Origin: Zygnema circumcarinatum SAG 698-1b
Lineage: Eukaryota; Plantae; Zygnematophyceae
Length of the DNA: 64,000 bases
NCBI GenBank assembly: GCA_037447605.1
Contig: CM074822.1
Span: 333,492 to 397,491 of the forward strand
Direction: 5' to 3'
Shown: piece by piece, positions 1 through 11,388 of the stretch
Layout: every line of letters begins with the position of its first letter
Position numbering within the stretch: the first letter of the stretch is position 1
The notes under the pieces: generated by a model
Database searches by the model: none
Told to the model about the DNA's origin: nothing
What the model saw: the letters and a program-made list of their open reading frames with translations, nothing else
Translations under genes and position numbers: made by a program

Positions 1-200
1 CACCCAGCCAGTATATAGGTGCTTATGTGAAGTCCAGAACGGCTAGTACATACAGACAGTACGGACAATACGGACAGTACGAATAGTACGGACAGTACGG
101 CTAACACAAGTTACCGTACAAAAATGTGGTTTCGGCAAAATTGGGGCGAAAATATTGAGGACGCACTCCTTGGGGTGGTAAATACGAGGACCCCCCACTG
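1..200. mobile_element. Right end of a Tc1/mariner-type MITE inserted in the copia 3' LTR (truncated by window start)
   Basis: Ends AAATACGAGGACCCCCCACTG followed by TA (201-202). Clearly homologous to the right half of the complete MITE at 21494-21985 (GTTACCGTACAAAAA..GGTTTCGGCAAAAT..GGGGCGAAA..GGACGCACTCC). The intact 5' LTR reads GG-TA-CCAAATG at the equivalent site (6257-6267), so insertion was at TA. Confidence 0.8.
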
Positions 201-408
201 TACCAAATGTCGGACTCCCGGCCGTACTGTCCGTACCGACCGTACGGTCCGTACGGTCCATACTATCTGTACGGTTGCGCGGTCGGTCTCGCCGCCACGC
301 CCACGCTGAAGTAAGTCCGTCCCCATACATGTCACACCTAGAAGCACACCCCTAGGAACTAAGCGCCAACACAAACATGCTAATCTGAACTAACTATGTA
401 CACTAATA
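201..408 (-). repeat. 3' LTR (partial) of the copia element
   Basis: 208 bp matching 6259-6466 with 5 mismatches by manual alignment. Starts TATTAGTG on the minus strand (TG mutated to TA), directly after the PPT. Confidence 0.9.
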
Positions 409-420
409 TTCCCCCTCTTT
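409..420 (-). other. Polypurine tract (PPT)
   Basis: Minus strand AAAGAGGGGGAA, immediately 5' of the 3' LTR and just after the RNase H stop at 427-429. Confidence 0.85.
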
Positions 421-505
421 GGCACTTTAGTTCCTGAGAGGCCCCAGCCCAATGAGATCCGAATTAATCCTCAAGGTCTCACCACTGACTGCCTTCGTCA
501 GCATG

Positions 506-2101
506 TGTTGATGTATAGGTACATCAAGGTGTTGGTACTTAGTTCCTCGCATGAATGTTGTCCGGGAGATCATGTGTTGATGTAGGGACAATGTCATGCA
601 TGAATGGTCATGTTTGTTATAGGACCAAACATGGGGGATGCCCAAATGTTAGGCAATGTACCTGGCGTCTAGGAAGGCTCAGTGGTCGTGAGATTTACGG
701 CCAGCTGAGTAATCGCATCAGCGGGGTGCGCCGATGCGCATTAATTGGTTCTGAGCGCTGACAGACGGACGGCCACATCGCACGGACGCCGCCGTGAAAT
801 GTTCGGACGCTGAGGTCTTTGGCGCTGAAAGGCGGATCTGCACTAAGTTTACATGATTGGTCGCGGCCAGAAAGTTGCGACGCGGGCCTACCTTCAAGCG
901 ACATGACTTCATGATTAGGTATGTACTTTCGGTACCTATTGGTCGGTGCCGAGGCTCAGCGCCGCGAGCTGAAGTGACGTAGCGCGACGCTGCAGACATT
1001 CGTGACAAGGGCGCTGGCATCGAATTGCCGCGCAGTGAATCAGAGTGAGGAGGCCGACAACAGTGTCTTCATGTGGAGGACAAAGGGCTAATCGAAGGCG
1101 CCACGCGTCAGATTCGGGTAAGGCCTCGTAGGGCTCAGGGTCGGTGGCTTACCTAGGGCTGGCCGGGTCCCACATGCAGCCGAAGTTAGTGAGGAGTCGA
1201 TCGCATTCGCGCGTGACGAGATCAGATGAGGCCGAAGTTGATCCGGGACCGCCGAGCCGGATCCGTGTGAGCCAAGGAGGATCCGACGGAGCAACGCATT
1301 AAGATCAGGATAAGTGTCTCTTGCAAGGCGCCGTGAGATGGTGGGTCGTGACATGACGGAGTCACGGACAAAGGTCAGCCATGGTATATGAGGAGCAAGC
1401 TTGGCTCCTACTTACTCACTCACTGAACGTTATGTCGCCAACCTCGTGGTTAGAAGAGTAGGCAGAGGTCGAGCCTTGAGGAGTCCGGCCTTGTGTAGGG
1501 GGTCGTGAAAGAACTGTCTCTCATCATGGTTAACTCTAGTGAAAGAGTTAGAGATGTGTCCCTCTCGTGTTGAGGTAGAGGAGAAGTTCAAGCAAGCATA
1601 TAGTGCTTAGCTATCAAGTAGCTAGTGTAAGTCAGCCATCAAGGATACGGTAGTGTCTATGAGAGGAGAGGAGAATCGGGCATAAGGTTATATGTAGATT
1701 TCCTAAGAGAGCTTGTATTACACCTATGAATGTTAAGGAGTTTTAGGGCCGAGGGCTTTCTCCTTATACTTGTGTCATTTGTCACATGTGAGTCCTTGTG
1801 TTGGATTGGAGTGATGGATGAGTGGAGGCGACCATTGTATGGGCGGTGTGTCGCATCACACGTGGAGACCATTGGAGGAGCGTGGAGTTGAAGGAGCCGA
1901 GACCATGGAGGAGATGAAGAAGTGTTCTTGTAGGTGGCGCGTTTTGTTTTCCGCTGTGCGCACCTGGTGAGGGGAGGAAGAGAAGGCATACTGTGGCGGA
2001 TGCGGTATGTGGCCTAAGTAGATGTGGAAGAAGTTTGGAGTTTCACTCAAGCAAGTTTTATCCTTCCACTAGGTCTCTCCTTCTGCCCCCTCACACCAAC
2101 A
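506..2101. mobile_element. Solo LTR of a second retrotransposon family, nested in the copia RNase H
   Basis: Termini TGTTG(506)...CAACA(2101), flanked by a 5-bp direct repeat GCATG (501-505 and 2102-2106). Removing it restores the conserved RNase H end ADM-LTKA. No coding domains recognised inside. Confidence 0.88.
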
Positions 2102-2285
2102 GCATGTCGGCCGCCTGCTCCCTGGTTCCAATGAACTTGATACTAACAAGTCCTTCTCTCACCTCCTGTCTCACGTAATGGTATTGGATCCGGAAATGCT
2201 TGCTCCGCTTGTGGAACACCGGATTCCCCATTAGAGCAATAGAGGACTGATTGTCCGTGAAGAGTGGTAAGGGGAGCTGAGGCCG

Positions 2286-2295
2286 NNNNNNNNNN
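2286..2295. other. Assembly gap (10 N); others at 17458-17467 and 43640-43649
   Basis: N runs are present in the sequence, so true gap lengths are unknown. Confidence 0.99.
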
Positions 2296-5200
2296 TTCCC
2301 CTCTGGCTGCTCCATGTATATCTCTTCATCAAGATCTCCATACAAGAAAGCAGTCTTGATGTCCAACTGGTGGACATGCATCCCCTCTGCGGCTGCAATA
2401 GAAATGAGGGAGCGGAGGGAGTTGAACTTCACCACAGGAGCGAAGGTCTCTGTGTAGTCAACTCCTTCCTTCTGACTGTAGCCCTTGGCCACGAGTCGCG
2501 CCTTGTACCTATCAATGCTGCCGTCCGCCTTCCTCTTAACCTTGAAGACCCATTTGCAGCCGATGGCACGCCTTCCAGGTGGGAGCTTCTCCAAGCGCCA
2601 AGTCTGATTCTCAATCAGACTGTTCCACTCACTATCAATGGCCTCCTGCCACTTGATCTGATCTGGCCCCTCAACAGCTTCCCCGTAAGTCTGAGGCTCA
2701 ACAGCATGGGCCATGTAACAATGGGCAATCATGTCCATGTCACCTGAGAATGATGCAGAATGATCCTGGGCATTCTTTCGTGCTCTCTTCCGCATGCGCT
2801 TCGTAGGCACAGCCGGACTGAAACGATTTGGAGGCCGCCTGGTCCTCCCACTTGTCTTCTCCATCACGGAGGGATGCTCTTGAGGCTGCTCCACAACTCG
2901 CATTGGAGCTGGTGCATCCTCCTTTGGCTCAACAGCCATCTCCTCCAGCAACTCTTCATTTGCCGCTGCACGTGGTTCTAAAGCCACCAACTTATGCGGC
3001 ATACTGGCTGCCTCCTCTCGTGAACTGGAGGTCTCCTCCTGAGACTTCGTAGCTGATGCCTCCACCGATGGTCCCACAGACTCCTGCATGTCTCCCCAAT
3101 GTGGAGAACCCAAGGGAGTAAAGGTCACCGGTTTTGTCTCATCATCACTCTCTGACTCTACAGGCCGTCGTGAATGAATTGGCGTGGCACTCTCCTCCGT
3201 CTGAGCTTGAGTGGCCACTGGCACCTTCTCTTGCTCAGGGTGACTCACAATCACTTCACCTTCATAGGTGAATCCGAGTGGACACGACTCATCAGCACGC
3301 CTCCATGAGTGGGTAAAGGGGACGTGTGCAGCATCCTCATCCACCCTCACGTCCCTGCTGATCTCCACCTTCTTGGTCTCAAGCTGTGTACCAGCTCACC
3401 CCGATCACTGGCGTGTCCAGAGGGAGCCCTCCTTGCCCCTTGGGAAAAACTTCCCTCCACGCGCGACATTCGGTATCGCATACCAACACTTTGATCCAAA
3501 TGCTTTCAAGTGTCCCACAGTGGGCTTCGTCCCACTCCACACCTCATCAGGCACTCGATCCTCCAAGACCGATGACGGACACCTGTTCCTCACATAAGCG
3601 ACAGTCATCACTGCTTCTCCCCAAAATGTAACAGGAAATGGTGAGTCATGCAACATCGTCCTTGCCATGTCTCCAAGAGTCCTGTTCACTCTCTCTACAG
3701 CTCCATTACTCTGCGGTGAGTATGGAGCAGAGAACTCCTGCTTGATTCCCAAGCCTCTCAAATACTCACTGAACACCTTGTTCTTGAATTCTCCTCCATT
3801 GTCTGAACGGAGGTTCTTGAGTAGATGGCCGCTCTCCCGCTCTGCACGCATCTTCCAAGCTCTGAAGGCTGGATAAGCGTCAGACTTCTGTGTCAAGAGC
3901 ACCACCCAAATCTTTCGTGAGTAGTCATCAAGGAAAGTGATGAAATATCGACTTCCTCCCAAGCTCGCTGGGGTGATGGGGCCACACAAGTCTGTGTGCA
4001 CAAGCGCCAACGGCTCCTGGGCGCGCCCCTCTCCATCTCCTCTTCGCACGAATGGCCCACGATGGATCTTCCCTTTAATGCAGTCTTCGCAAATCCTCTG
4101 TGGATCAACCGCACCCTCCAAGTCCAAGCCTCGGACCAACCCCTTCTGAGCTAACTCCCGCATGGCTCGAAAACTCACATGCCCAAGCCTCCTATGCCAC
4201 TTCTGCACCTCATCTTGGGTCATAAGCAAAACTGACTCTCCTTCTTCTTCACAAAGCTTACCCAATCGTAGCACGCATGCATCTCTCTCTCCGTGCCCTC
4301 AAATAAGACATTCCCGCTGCTTCAGCTCACGCACTTCGCTATCAAAAGGTGACCGAAAGTAACCCCCGCCGACACTTGTCCCACGTGTGACACAAAGTTG
4401 TATTGTAACCCAGGTATAAAGCACGCACAATCATGGTAGTCAGCCTCTTCACTCTCTCCTCCTAAGGACAATGCTCATGGCCTCCGGTGGTCTTCTTCAC
4501 TCCTCACCATTGCAAACTGGCTGAACTGATCAAAGCTGCTGGAGCGATCTGCTCTCGTAGAACAACCCCCAGTCTGCACACATGTGCGTCGACGCCCCTG
4601 AATCAATGAGCCACGGCTTCTCGGGTCCTTCACACATTCTCCCCACAAACTCCACATGCTCCTTCTCAGCAAACATCAAGTTTGTATCAGTAGCAGCACT
4701 TCTGCAATCAATGCTCTTGTGACCCTTCTTCTTGCACTTGAAGCAAGCGCCTGTGAACTCCTTCTTGCTCGACTTCGTCTTGGCGTCCCCTCCCTTCACT
4801 TGGGCCGCCTTGCCGGAACGGCACTCGTTGGAGTAGTGACCTGGCTTCCCACAAGTGAAGCATGTCCCCTTCGGCCGAGCCTCACCTTTCTCCCTTTCGC
4901 CTTCCTTCCCAAAAGGCTTTGCCTTTCATGGCCAGAGCGCGCTCTCGCCGCGTCAAATTCGTCGTGGAGAGCGTCCTCTTAACAAATGCGCTTCTTTCGC
5001 CTGCTCAAAGGTCGAAGAAGAAGTGATGAGCTGTTCGAAGGCGCTTGGGTGTGCGTAGAAGCAGTGTGGGCGGACCGCCAAGACCCGATCAGTCTTATGA
5101 TCTGGACCAAGACCCTTGCCGTCGCCGCGAACGCTGCGTGAGGCTGCGGCAGCGCCCACGTAGTCAGTCGGGCTTCTCGTGGAGCTCATCCTCGTCTTCC

Positions 5201-5539
5201 GAGTCCGTGTGCAGGTCCAGCCGCTCTGGCCACTACCCCTCAATGATGCATGTCCTCCAAACACTTCGGTCTCGTGTGGCGTTTAGGGTCGTGAGGGCAT
5301 GTATGAAGGTGCTTCGCAGTTTCATTGGCTGTGAGTGATGGCCTTGTTGTCACGGGCCTTCCACTTTGCAAGCTCCTCCACGGATGTAGCCGGCGGCGCC
5401 TTCACCTTCCCGGTCACATGACCAAGAAGTCCCACTCCTCTTCAATATGGGAGTCAGCAACTTCCCGTCCTTGTAGTCTATCCCATCAAATGCAGGGACA
5501 TTAAACTTCACTCTAGCTCCGGTTTCCTCTTCACCATGA

Positions 5540-5551
5540 GCTCTGATACCA
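5540..5551 (-). other. Primer binding site (initiator tRNA-Met)
   Basis: Minus strand TGGTATCAGAGC, 2 nt after the LTR end ...CCTCACA. Confidence 0.92.
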
Positions 5552-5553
5552 CT

Positions 5554-6466
5554 TGTGAGGGAAGGAGGATGAGAAGCAAATCCACTTGCCACCTTTCTCC
5601 TCTTCAACTGTGCCATGGAAACTTACCTTCCTGGTGCCCAACACTCTCACTCATTTTCACTCACGTGCATACACACGACACACGAGAGGCGGAATAGAAA
5701 AACGTAGGAGAAAGCTCCGAGACTAAAACTCCTATATGATGACAAGCTTACCAACTCAAGCCCCCATAAGCCTAGTCAAGCTTTCACCACATGATCACTT
5801 CACCTTCACGTGAGGCAGCTCTAGCCATTGCGGAGACTCCTCACAAAGGTCACCTTCCTATTTACCAAAGCCATGCCTTCAAACTGCCATAGCCTTGCAA
5901 TGCATATCAAGAAGGTTTCTAACTTACACACCCACTCTCACTATATAGTATGGGGCTGTGACGTGACCATGTCACGTCACACGCGCCGGGACCATGCATG
6001 CAACAACCTTATTCAAACAACCTAAATAAACTACTTCGTGTCTTGCTATGCATAGTACACCCAGCCTGGCAACGTACCAACACCACCGCCCTAACCCAGA
6101 TGGCCATGTACTCTACCGCCGAGCTGAACTTCCCGCCGTCACCCACAAGGACTATCTTCCGTACGCAAAGGAGGCTCCGCCGACTCCACCGACTTCGCCG
6201 CCTTTTGCCGCCGCATCAGTCCACGATTCCGTACGCCAGGACCGATTCCTCGGCGCGGTACCAAATGTCGGACTCCCGGCCTTACTGTCCGTACCGACCG
6301 TACGGTCCGTACGGTCCATACTATCCGTACGGTTGCGCGGTCGGTCTCGCCGCCGCGCGCACGCTGAAGTAAGTCCGTCCCCATACATGTCACACCTAGA
6401 AGCACACCCCTAGGAACTAAGCGCCAACACAAACATGCTAATCTGAACTAACTATGTACACTAACA
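5554..6466 (-). repeat. 5' LTR of the copia element (913 bp)
   Basis: Minus strand begins TGTTAG at 6466 and ends ..CACA at 5554 next to the PBS. Its distal 208 bp match 201-408. Confidence 0.87.
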
Positions 6467-7474
6467 AATCGATCACATGTGAATCCCGAAATTTAACAAT
6501 GAAGCCTTTTTCTTGACTTTATCGAGAGCATTTGCTGCTTATCCGGATGGGCTTTGCGAGTTTGGGGCACAAAATATGTCACAGAAGTACACTACCTCAA
6601 TTCTCAGGGGAGTACGCCTTGCCGGCTATGCCCACCACGATGACATCTATGTTTTCCTTCCCCATTGGCCGTTGAGATTTGGACACTCTCGAAGTTTGCA
6701 CGCGTCGACGTCTGATTGGACGCCTCCTTTTAGTCCGTACTTTTCGTCCGTTGGGTTGCACTTGTTCTTTAGGAAGATTCCCCCGGCTGCTTTTTAATTC
6801 TACGAAGGTTTCAGAGGCAAACCAGTTTTTAACATGGAAGAAAATGTTTTTGCACTGTCAACGATAAAGTATTCGCCTTTTCACTTTTCATTTTGTTATT
6901 TGAAGAAGTTATTTAGATTTTTTTTTTTCACTCATACATTCGTTAAAACTCTTTTAATTTTTCTTCCGTGCATTTCATTTTTCTTCCACGAACGTTTGAA
7001 AATGATTTATATATGGAGATGACGAATAATTCGCGTAGCATGAAGCTTTTTTCTTCCCCAGCAAACCACATTTTCAAGCCTCGATTCATGCTATGACATG
7101 AAATCATGAAAAAAAATCCATCCCTTTCACAACATTACTGAGAGAATGCCGGCGGTACTTATTAATAAAATGGAGCCTCCCTTCCCACAAAGACCTGCAA
7201 AAATATGACCTTTCAACAGGCCTTGCAGAGGTAGCAAAACCCTCCGACATCGCCCCTTTCCCCTATCTCCAAACCCTAAAACCCTATTCCAGCAACCGAG
7301 ACCCTCACACCCTCCGCAGCCTCGGCTAAAAAAAAAACCTCCTCCTGCTCCTTACTACCTTCACTCCTGAACCCTAAACCATACGCCTATGCAGTGCTAC
7401 ACAGATTCTGCTAGACCGGCGGCAAGCTAAGCTGCAAGCCGACTTATCTAGACCTTCAAGAGCCAAAGCGCCCT

Positions 7475-8280
7475 CTACTTGAAAAACACAATAGGGGGCA
7501 GAGACGCGTTCCTGATCCTCTCAGCTGTCGCCTTAGTGGTTTGGAACACAGCCCTGACCACGCGGTTGCTCATGACCTTGGTGACCTGGTTGAGGAGGAT
7601 GAGGCCCGGGTCCTCGCTGTCCAGCGCCGAGAAAAACATGCAGGGTTCAGTGCCGATGTTCTCCATCCAGTGGAGCAGCGCACGCGGGTACACGTGCAGG
7701 TCGCCCGTGTTAAGGTCGCTGCTGCGGAGCACGTTTGAGCCGTCGATGAAGTTCACGCGCACCTTGCCCTTGATCACGAGCATGATCTCTGCCGCTCTGT
7801 TTGGAACAACCGAAACAGAAAGCAACCGAGTAAGCACAACTCTGTGGTAGAAGCTTCAGCGCAGTTCTGTGGTAGCTTAAGCCTTGAATTAGCGCAATAC
7901 TGTGAAGTAGCTGCTTCAGGATACAACAAGTCGCTTGAATGTAACCCTAAAAAGTGATATTAGGGTTGGGAGGGAGGGAGGGAGCGGTACCGTGGGTGCC
8001 AGTGCGGCGTGAGCATGCCGTTGACCCCGATGGTGACCGTAACCCCGGCGAGGCCCAGCGTCTTGACACCTGGCAGGTTGGCGTAACTCGTGGCGGCGAA
8101 GGCGCCCGCGGGAAGTGTGAACAGGTTCGTGGTGAAGTCGCGCACCACGAAGTCGTCAGCGGTCGCGGTCATATTCGCGAAGTCGTGAACGGGCTCGGGC
8201 CCGGCGGAGGCGCGGGGGAGGAGGAGGAGGAGGAGAGGGAGGGAGGAGGCCACAAGGAGGGAGAGAGAGTAGCGGGCCAT
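7475..8280 (-). CDS. Germin-like protein (cupin_1), copy 1; 2 exons complement(join(7475..7796,7991..8280)), 203 aa
   Basis: Signal-peptide-like N-terminus. A phase-2 GT-AG intron joins PHWHPR|AAEIMLV (germin box with H, H, E); GDLHVYPRALLHWMEN supplies the third His. Exon lengths 290+322 = 612 nt, in frame. Confidence 0.93.
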
Positions 8281-10081
8281 GGCGGCGGAGGGAGAGGGAG
8301 AGAGCGGCAGCAGAGAGGGAGGGAGTGTGGGGGACGAGGGAGGGAGGGAAGGCTGAGAGGAGGCAAAGAGGGAGGTGAAGGAGAAGACGGATCCCTCAGG
8401 CTATGTAGGCGCTGGACTGTCTCGTCACACGGGTGTGTAGGTGACGTGGCGGACTCTGATTGGATGTCGGCCAACCGTTTCGGTCGTTGGCGGGGTGAAC
8501 AGTTGAAGGTAAGAAGTCAGGATTTTTCTGGGGGGCGTGGGAACGCGATGGAGACACATACCAAATTGCAGCGAATAGGAGAGCGGCACATGTGCATAGT
8601 GATAACGTGGCTAATTATAATTGGTGGGTATCTTGCAAGGTACAGGTAGCTGCACAATGAAAAAGGATTTCGGACACCATTTTGAGCCTTCCGGGAGGTG
8701 CGTTGGAATCGACCGAAAAGGTACCTTGGGGCAACCGTTTTTGAAAAAGACGTTTACTACTGTACGGTAGATGACAAGATATGCAGATAAACGACAAAAT
8801 ACTACAACGACCAGCTGGTCTCGAGAGAATCTCTTACTGTACGAACACGGCAGGAAGCTTCGTACGAATGGGGAAGAAAAAGGTTGTTGAAGAATCCTGG
8901 ATTGAAAAAAGAATCGTAGATACGTTTTCGAATCGTTTTGATTATAAAGTCAAACACATGCCAATCAAAAACCGTAATTAGATCCGGTCGAATCAGACGG
9001 GATCAGTGCCACGTAGATGATTCGATAAGGCCTCATACATTACTGTACTTCGCCCAAAAACTAGAACTGTACGGTCTGTACGGGTGGTTTGCAAGCTGTA
9101 CGGAGCGGCGTAGCTTGTCCGTTTCATTGAGGACGGGCGGAAGGCGCCGGCCTTTGGAAGGCTCCACGCCCGATGACGACAAAATAGGAACGATGACGTG
9201 GCACCTTGTGAGCCACAAGGCGCCACGTCGACGCCACGTGGCGCGTTCTCGTGCGGTCTCCGGCATCCAGCCGGCTGGCTCTTGCAGACGGACGGGTTTG
9301 TACTCAACTTGTTGAATGGAGTTGGGTGAAAAATCAAAATCATCATGGGGGAAACCACGAGGAACTTGGCGCAAAGGACCGAAAGAGAAAATGGGAAGCA
9401 ATACACACCTCTTTGGGCTAGATACACAACTTCTTTCGCCGGGGCAGAAATTAGGGTTTTAGGGGTTTTTATTTAACGAAATAGGTGTGTATCTAGCAAA
9501 TAAAGGTGTGTAGATTATAGATTCCAAAAGTAAAAGCCTTTATAACCTCTTAAGCCTTCGCAAAGCACAAAAAGTTGAATGAAAAAACTTCGTTTCGGAG
9601 GCTTATTCTTTTGTATTTTTCATTCTGAAATCCCAAGGCCTCGCCTAAGTTTGCAACTTTTTCATTCAACTGGTTGAATGATTCATTCAACCAGTTAAAT
9701 GAAGTTGAACCACGGACAGGTGCACTTAGCCATGCTCAACCCATCTGGGTGCTCACTTTTTCATAGTTACTTTAGTTAGTTAACCTTTCATAGATTTTTT
9801 TAGTTTGTTGTTTCGATAATTTTTCATAGTTTTAGGATTTTTAGGGTTTTCGCAGTATGTTCGATACATGTTTGTTTGCAAATGTAACAAAATGAAAAAA
9901 AAATGAAATCTCCCTTCCATCTCCGCCCCTCCCCTCCCCTGCAGTGGCAGGTCCAGGATGTTTTCTGAAGTTGGGGGTTAAGCCTCCCAAACTTTTATAT
10001 GTCGGTCAGCCCCTGCTCCCCTTCCTCCCCCCTCCTCCCCCCCCCCCTCTCCCTCTGACTCGCTCTCCTTCTCTTTCTCTT

Positions 10082-10128
<47 letters not shown>

Positions 10129-10135
10129 TTCTCTA

Positions 10136-10179
<44 letters not shown>

Positions 10180-10652
10180 CCTCATTCCTTGCAGCGGGTA
10201 ATGCCAGTTGCACCTACGAGAAGGGAGTCCAAGACCTTGGCTCTCGACATAAGACAATGAGACCATGATGATGGTAAATTTTGTACACAGAAAAAGACCT
10301 TCCATTTCGTACATTACTCAGACGGGCGGCCGGGCGGTTTAAGATAAATCCATAAATTACATTTATTTAGGGAGAAAAAAGGGAAAACGGGAGAGGGGCG
10401 CCTCTTCCAGCACAGACCTGCTAAAAAAATCCCTCCAACAGGAATTGTACAGGAGGCAGAGTCCCTCCAACAAAGAGAGCAATACTCAACCATCTTTCCC
10501 CCTCTCCAAAATGCCCTAATCCCACAAACGGGACGTTCTTATTCTTAGCCTCTAAGCCTCACTTCTGAACCCTAATCCGTACCCTATATACATTCTGCTA
10601 CAAGCAGCCGCTGACGCCGCTGCAAGTTGACCGTCCTGGGGCCATCTACCTC

Positions 10653-11388
10653 CTACTTGAAAAACACAAGGGGAACAGAAGACACGTTCCTGATATGCTC
10701 CGCCGTCGCCCTCTTCGTTTGGAACACAGCCTTCACCACACGGTTGCTCATGACCTTGGTGACCTGGTTGAGGAGGATGAGGCCCGGGTCCTCGCTGTCC
10801 AGCGCCGAGAAAAACATGCAGGGTTCAGTGCCGATGTTCTCCATCCAGTGGAGCAGCGCGCGCGGGTACACGTGCAGGTCGCCCGTGTTAAGGTCGCTGC
10901 TGCGGAGAACGTTCGTGCCGTCGATGAAGTTCACACGCACCTTGCCCTTGATCACGAGCATGATCTCTGACGCCCTGTTGGAACAATAGAGGCAGAAAGC
11001 AACCGAGTAAGCACAGAATAATACACAGGATTAGACAAGTTACAGACTGAAACCCTTACGTAGTGATATTAGGGTTAAGAGGGAGGGAGGGAGCGTACCG
11101 CGGGTGCCAGTGCGGCGTGAGCATGCCGTTGACCGCGATGGTGACCGTAACCCCGGCGAGGCCCAGCGTCTCGACACCTGGCAGGTTGGCGTAACCCGTG
11201 GCGGCGAAGGCACCCGCGGGAAACTTGATCAGGTTCGTGGTGAAGTCGCGCACAACGAAGTCGGCAGCGGTCGCGGTCATATTCGCGAAGTCATGAACGG
11301 GCTCGGGCCCGGCGGAGGCGCGGGGGAGGAGGAGGAGGAGGAGAGGGAGGCAGGCGGCTCCCAGGAGGGAGAGAGAGTGGCGGGCCAT
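10653..11388 (-). CDS. Germin-like protein (cupin_1), copy 2; 2 exons complement(join(10653..10974,11099..11388)), 203 aa
   Basis: Same exon lengths (290+322) and intron position as copy 1. PHWHPRASEI and GDLHVYPRALLHWMEN motifs. Close paralog; 3' flanks also alignable. Confidence 0.93.

Larger units (their letters stand above)
427..5537 (-). pseudogene. copia gag-pol polyprotein, frameshifted and interrupted
   Basis: Gag N-terminus VPAFDGIDY; CCHC knuckles at 4821-4862 and 4704-4745; protease WLIDSGASTHMC; integrase WHRRLGH..CEDC, HTDLCGP, SDNGGEF, ERVNRTL (3405-4274); RT KWVFKVK..YKARLVAKGYSQ..QLDIKTAFLYG; RNase H DNQSSI..KHFRIQYHYVR..ADM|LTKA, split by the insertion at 506-2101. Domains lie in several frames. 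Confidence 0.92.
201..6466 (-). mobile_element. Ty1/copia LTR retrotransposon, degenerate, with nested insertions (3' LTR runs off the window)
   Basis: LTR copies at 5554-6466 and 201-408, PBS at 5540-5551, PPT at 409-420. Copia domain order gag-PR-INT-RT-RNaseH on the minus strand. Confidence 0.93.

Noticed and set aside
430-2090. Long region between pol and the 3' LTR, suggesting an env-like extra ORF (Sirevirus-like)
   Set aside because: It is explained by the nested solo LTR (506-2101, TSD GCATG). The true RNase H end lies at 427-505 directly before the PPT. The ORFs inside have no recognisable motifs.
2084-2094. PPT-like GAGGGGG right after the apparent RNase H stop
   Set aside because: It lies inside the terminus of the nested LTR and is not followed by the host LTR sequence.
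2286-2295. Apparent deletion of the RT YVDD region and RNase H N-terminus
   Set aside because: It coincides with an N gap of unknown true length, so it cannot be called a biological deletion.
6513-6797. 94-aa ORF beside the 5' LTR
   Set aside because: No recognisable motif or convincing splice context; not supportable as a gene.
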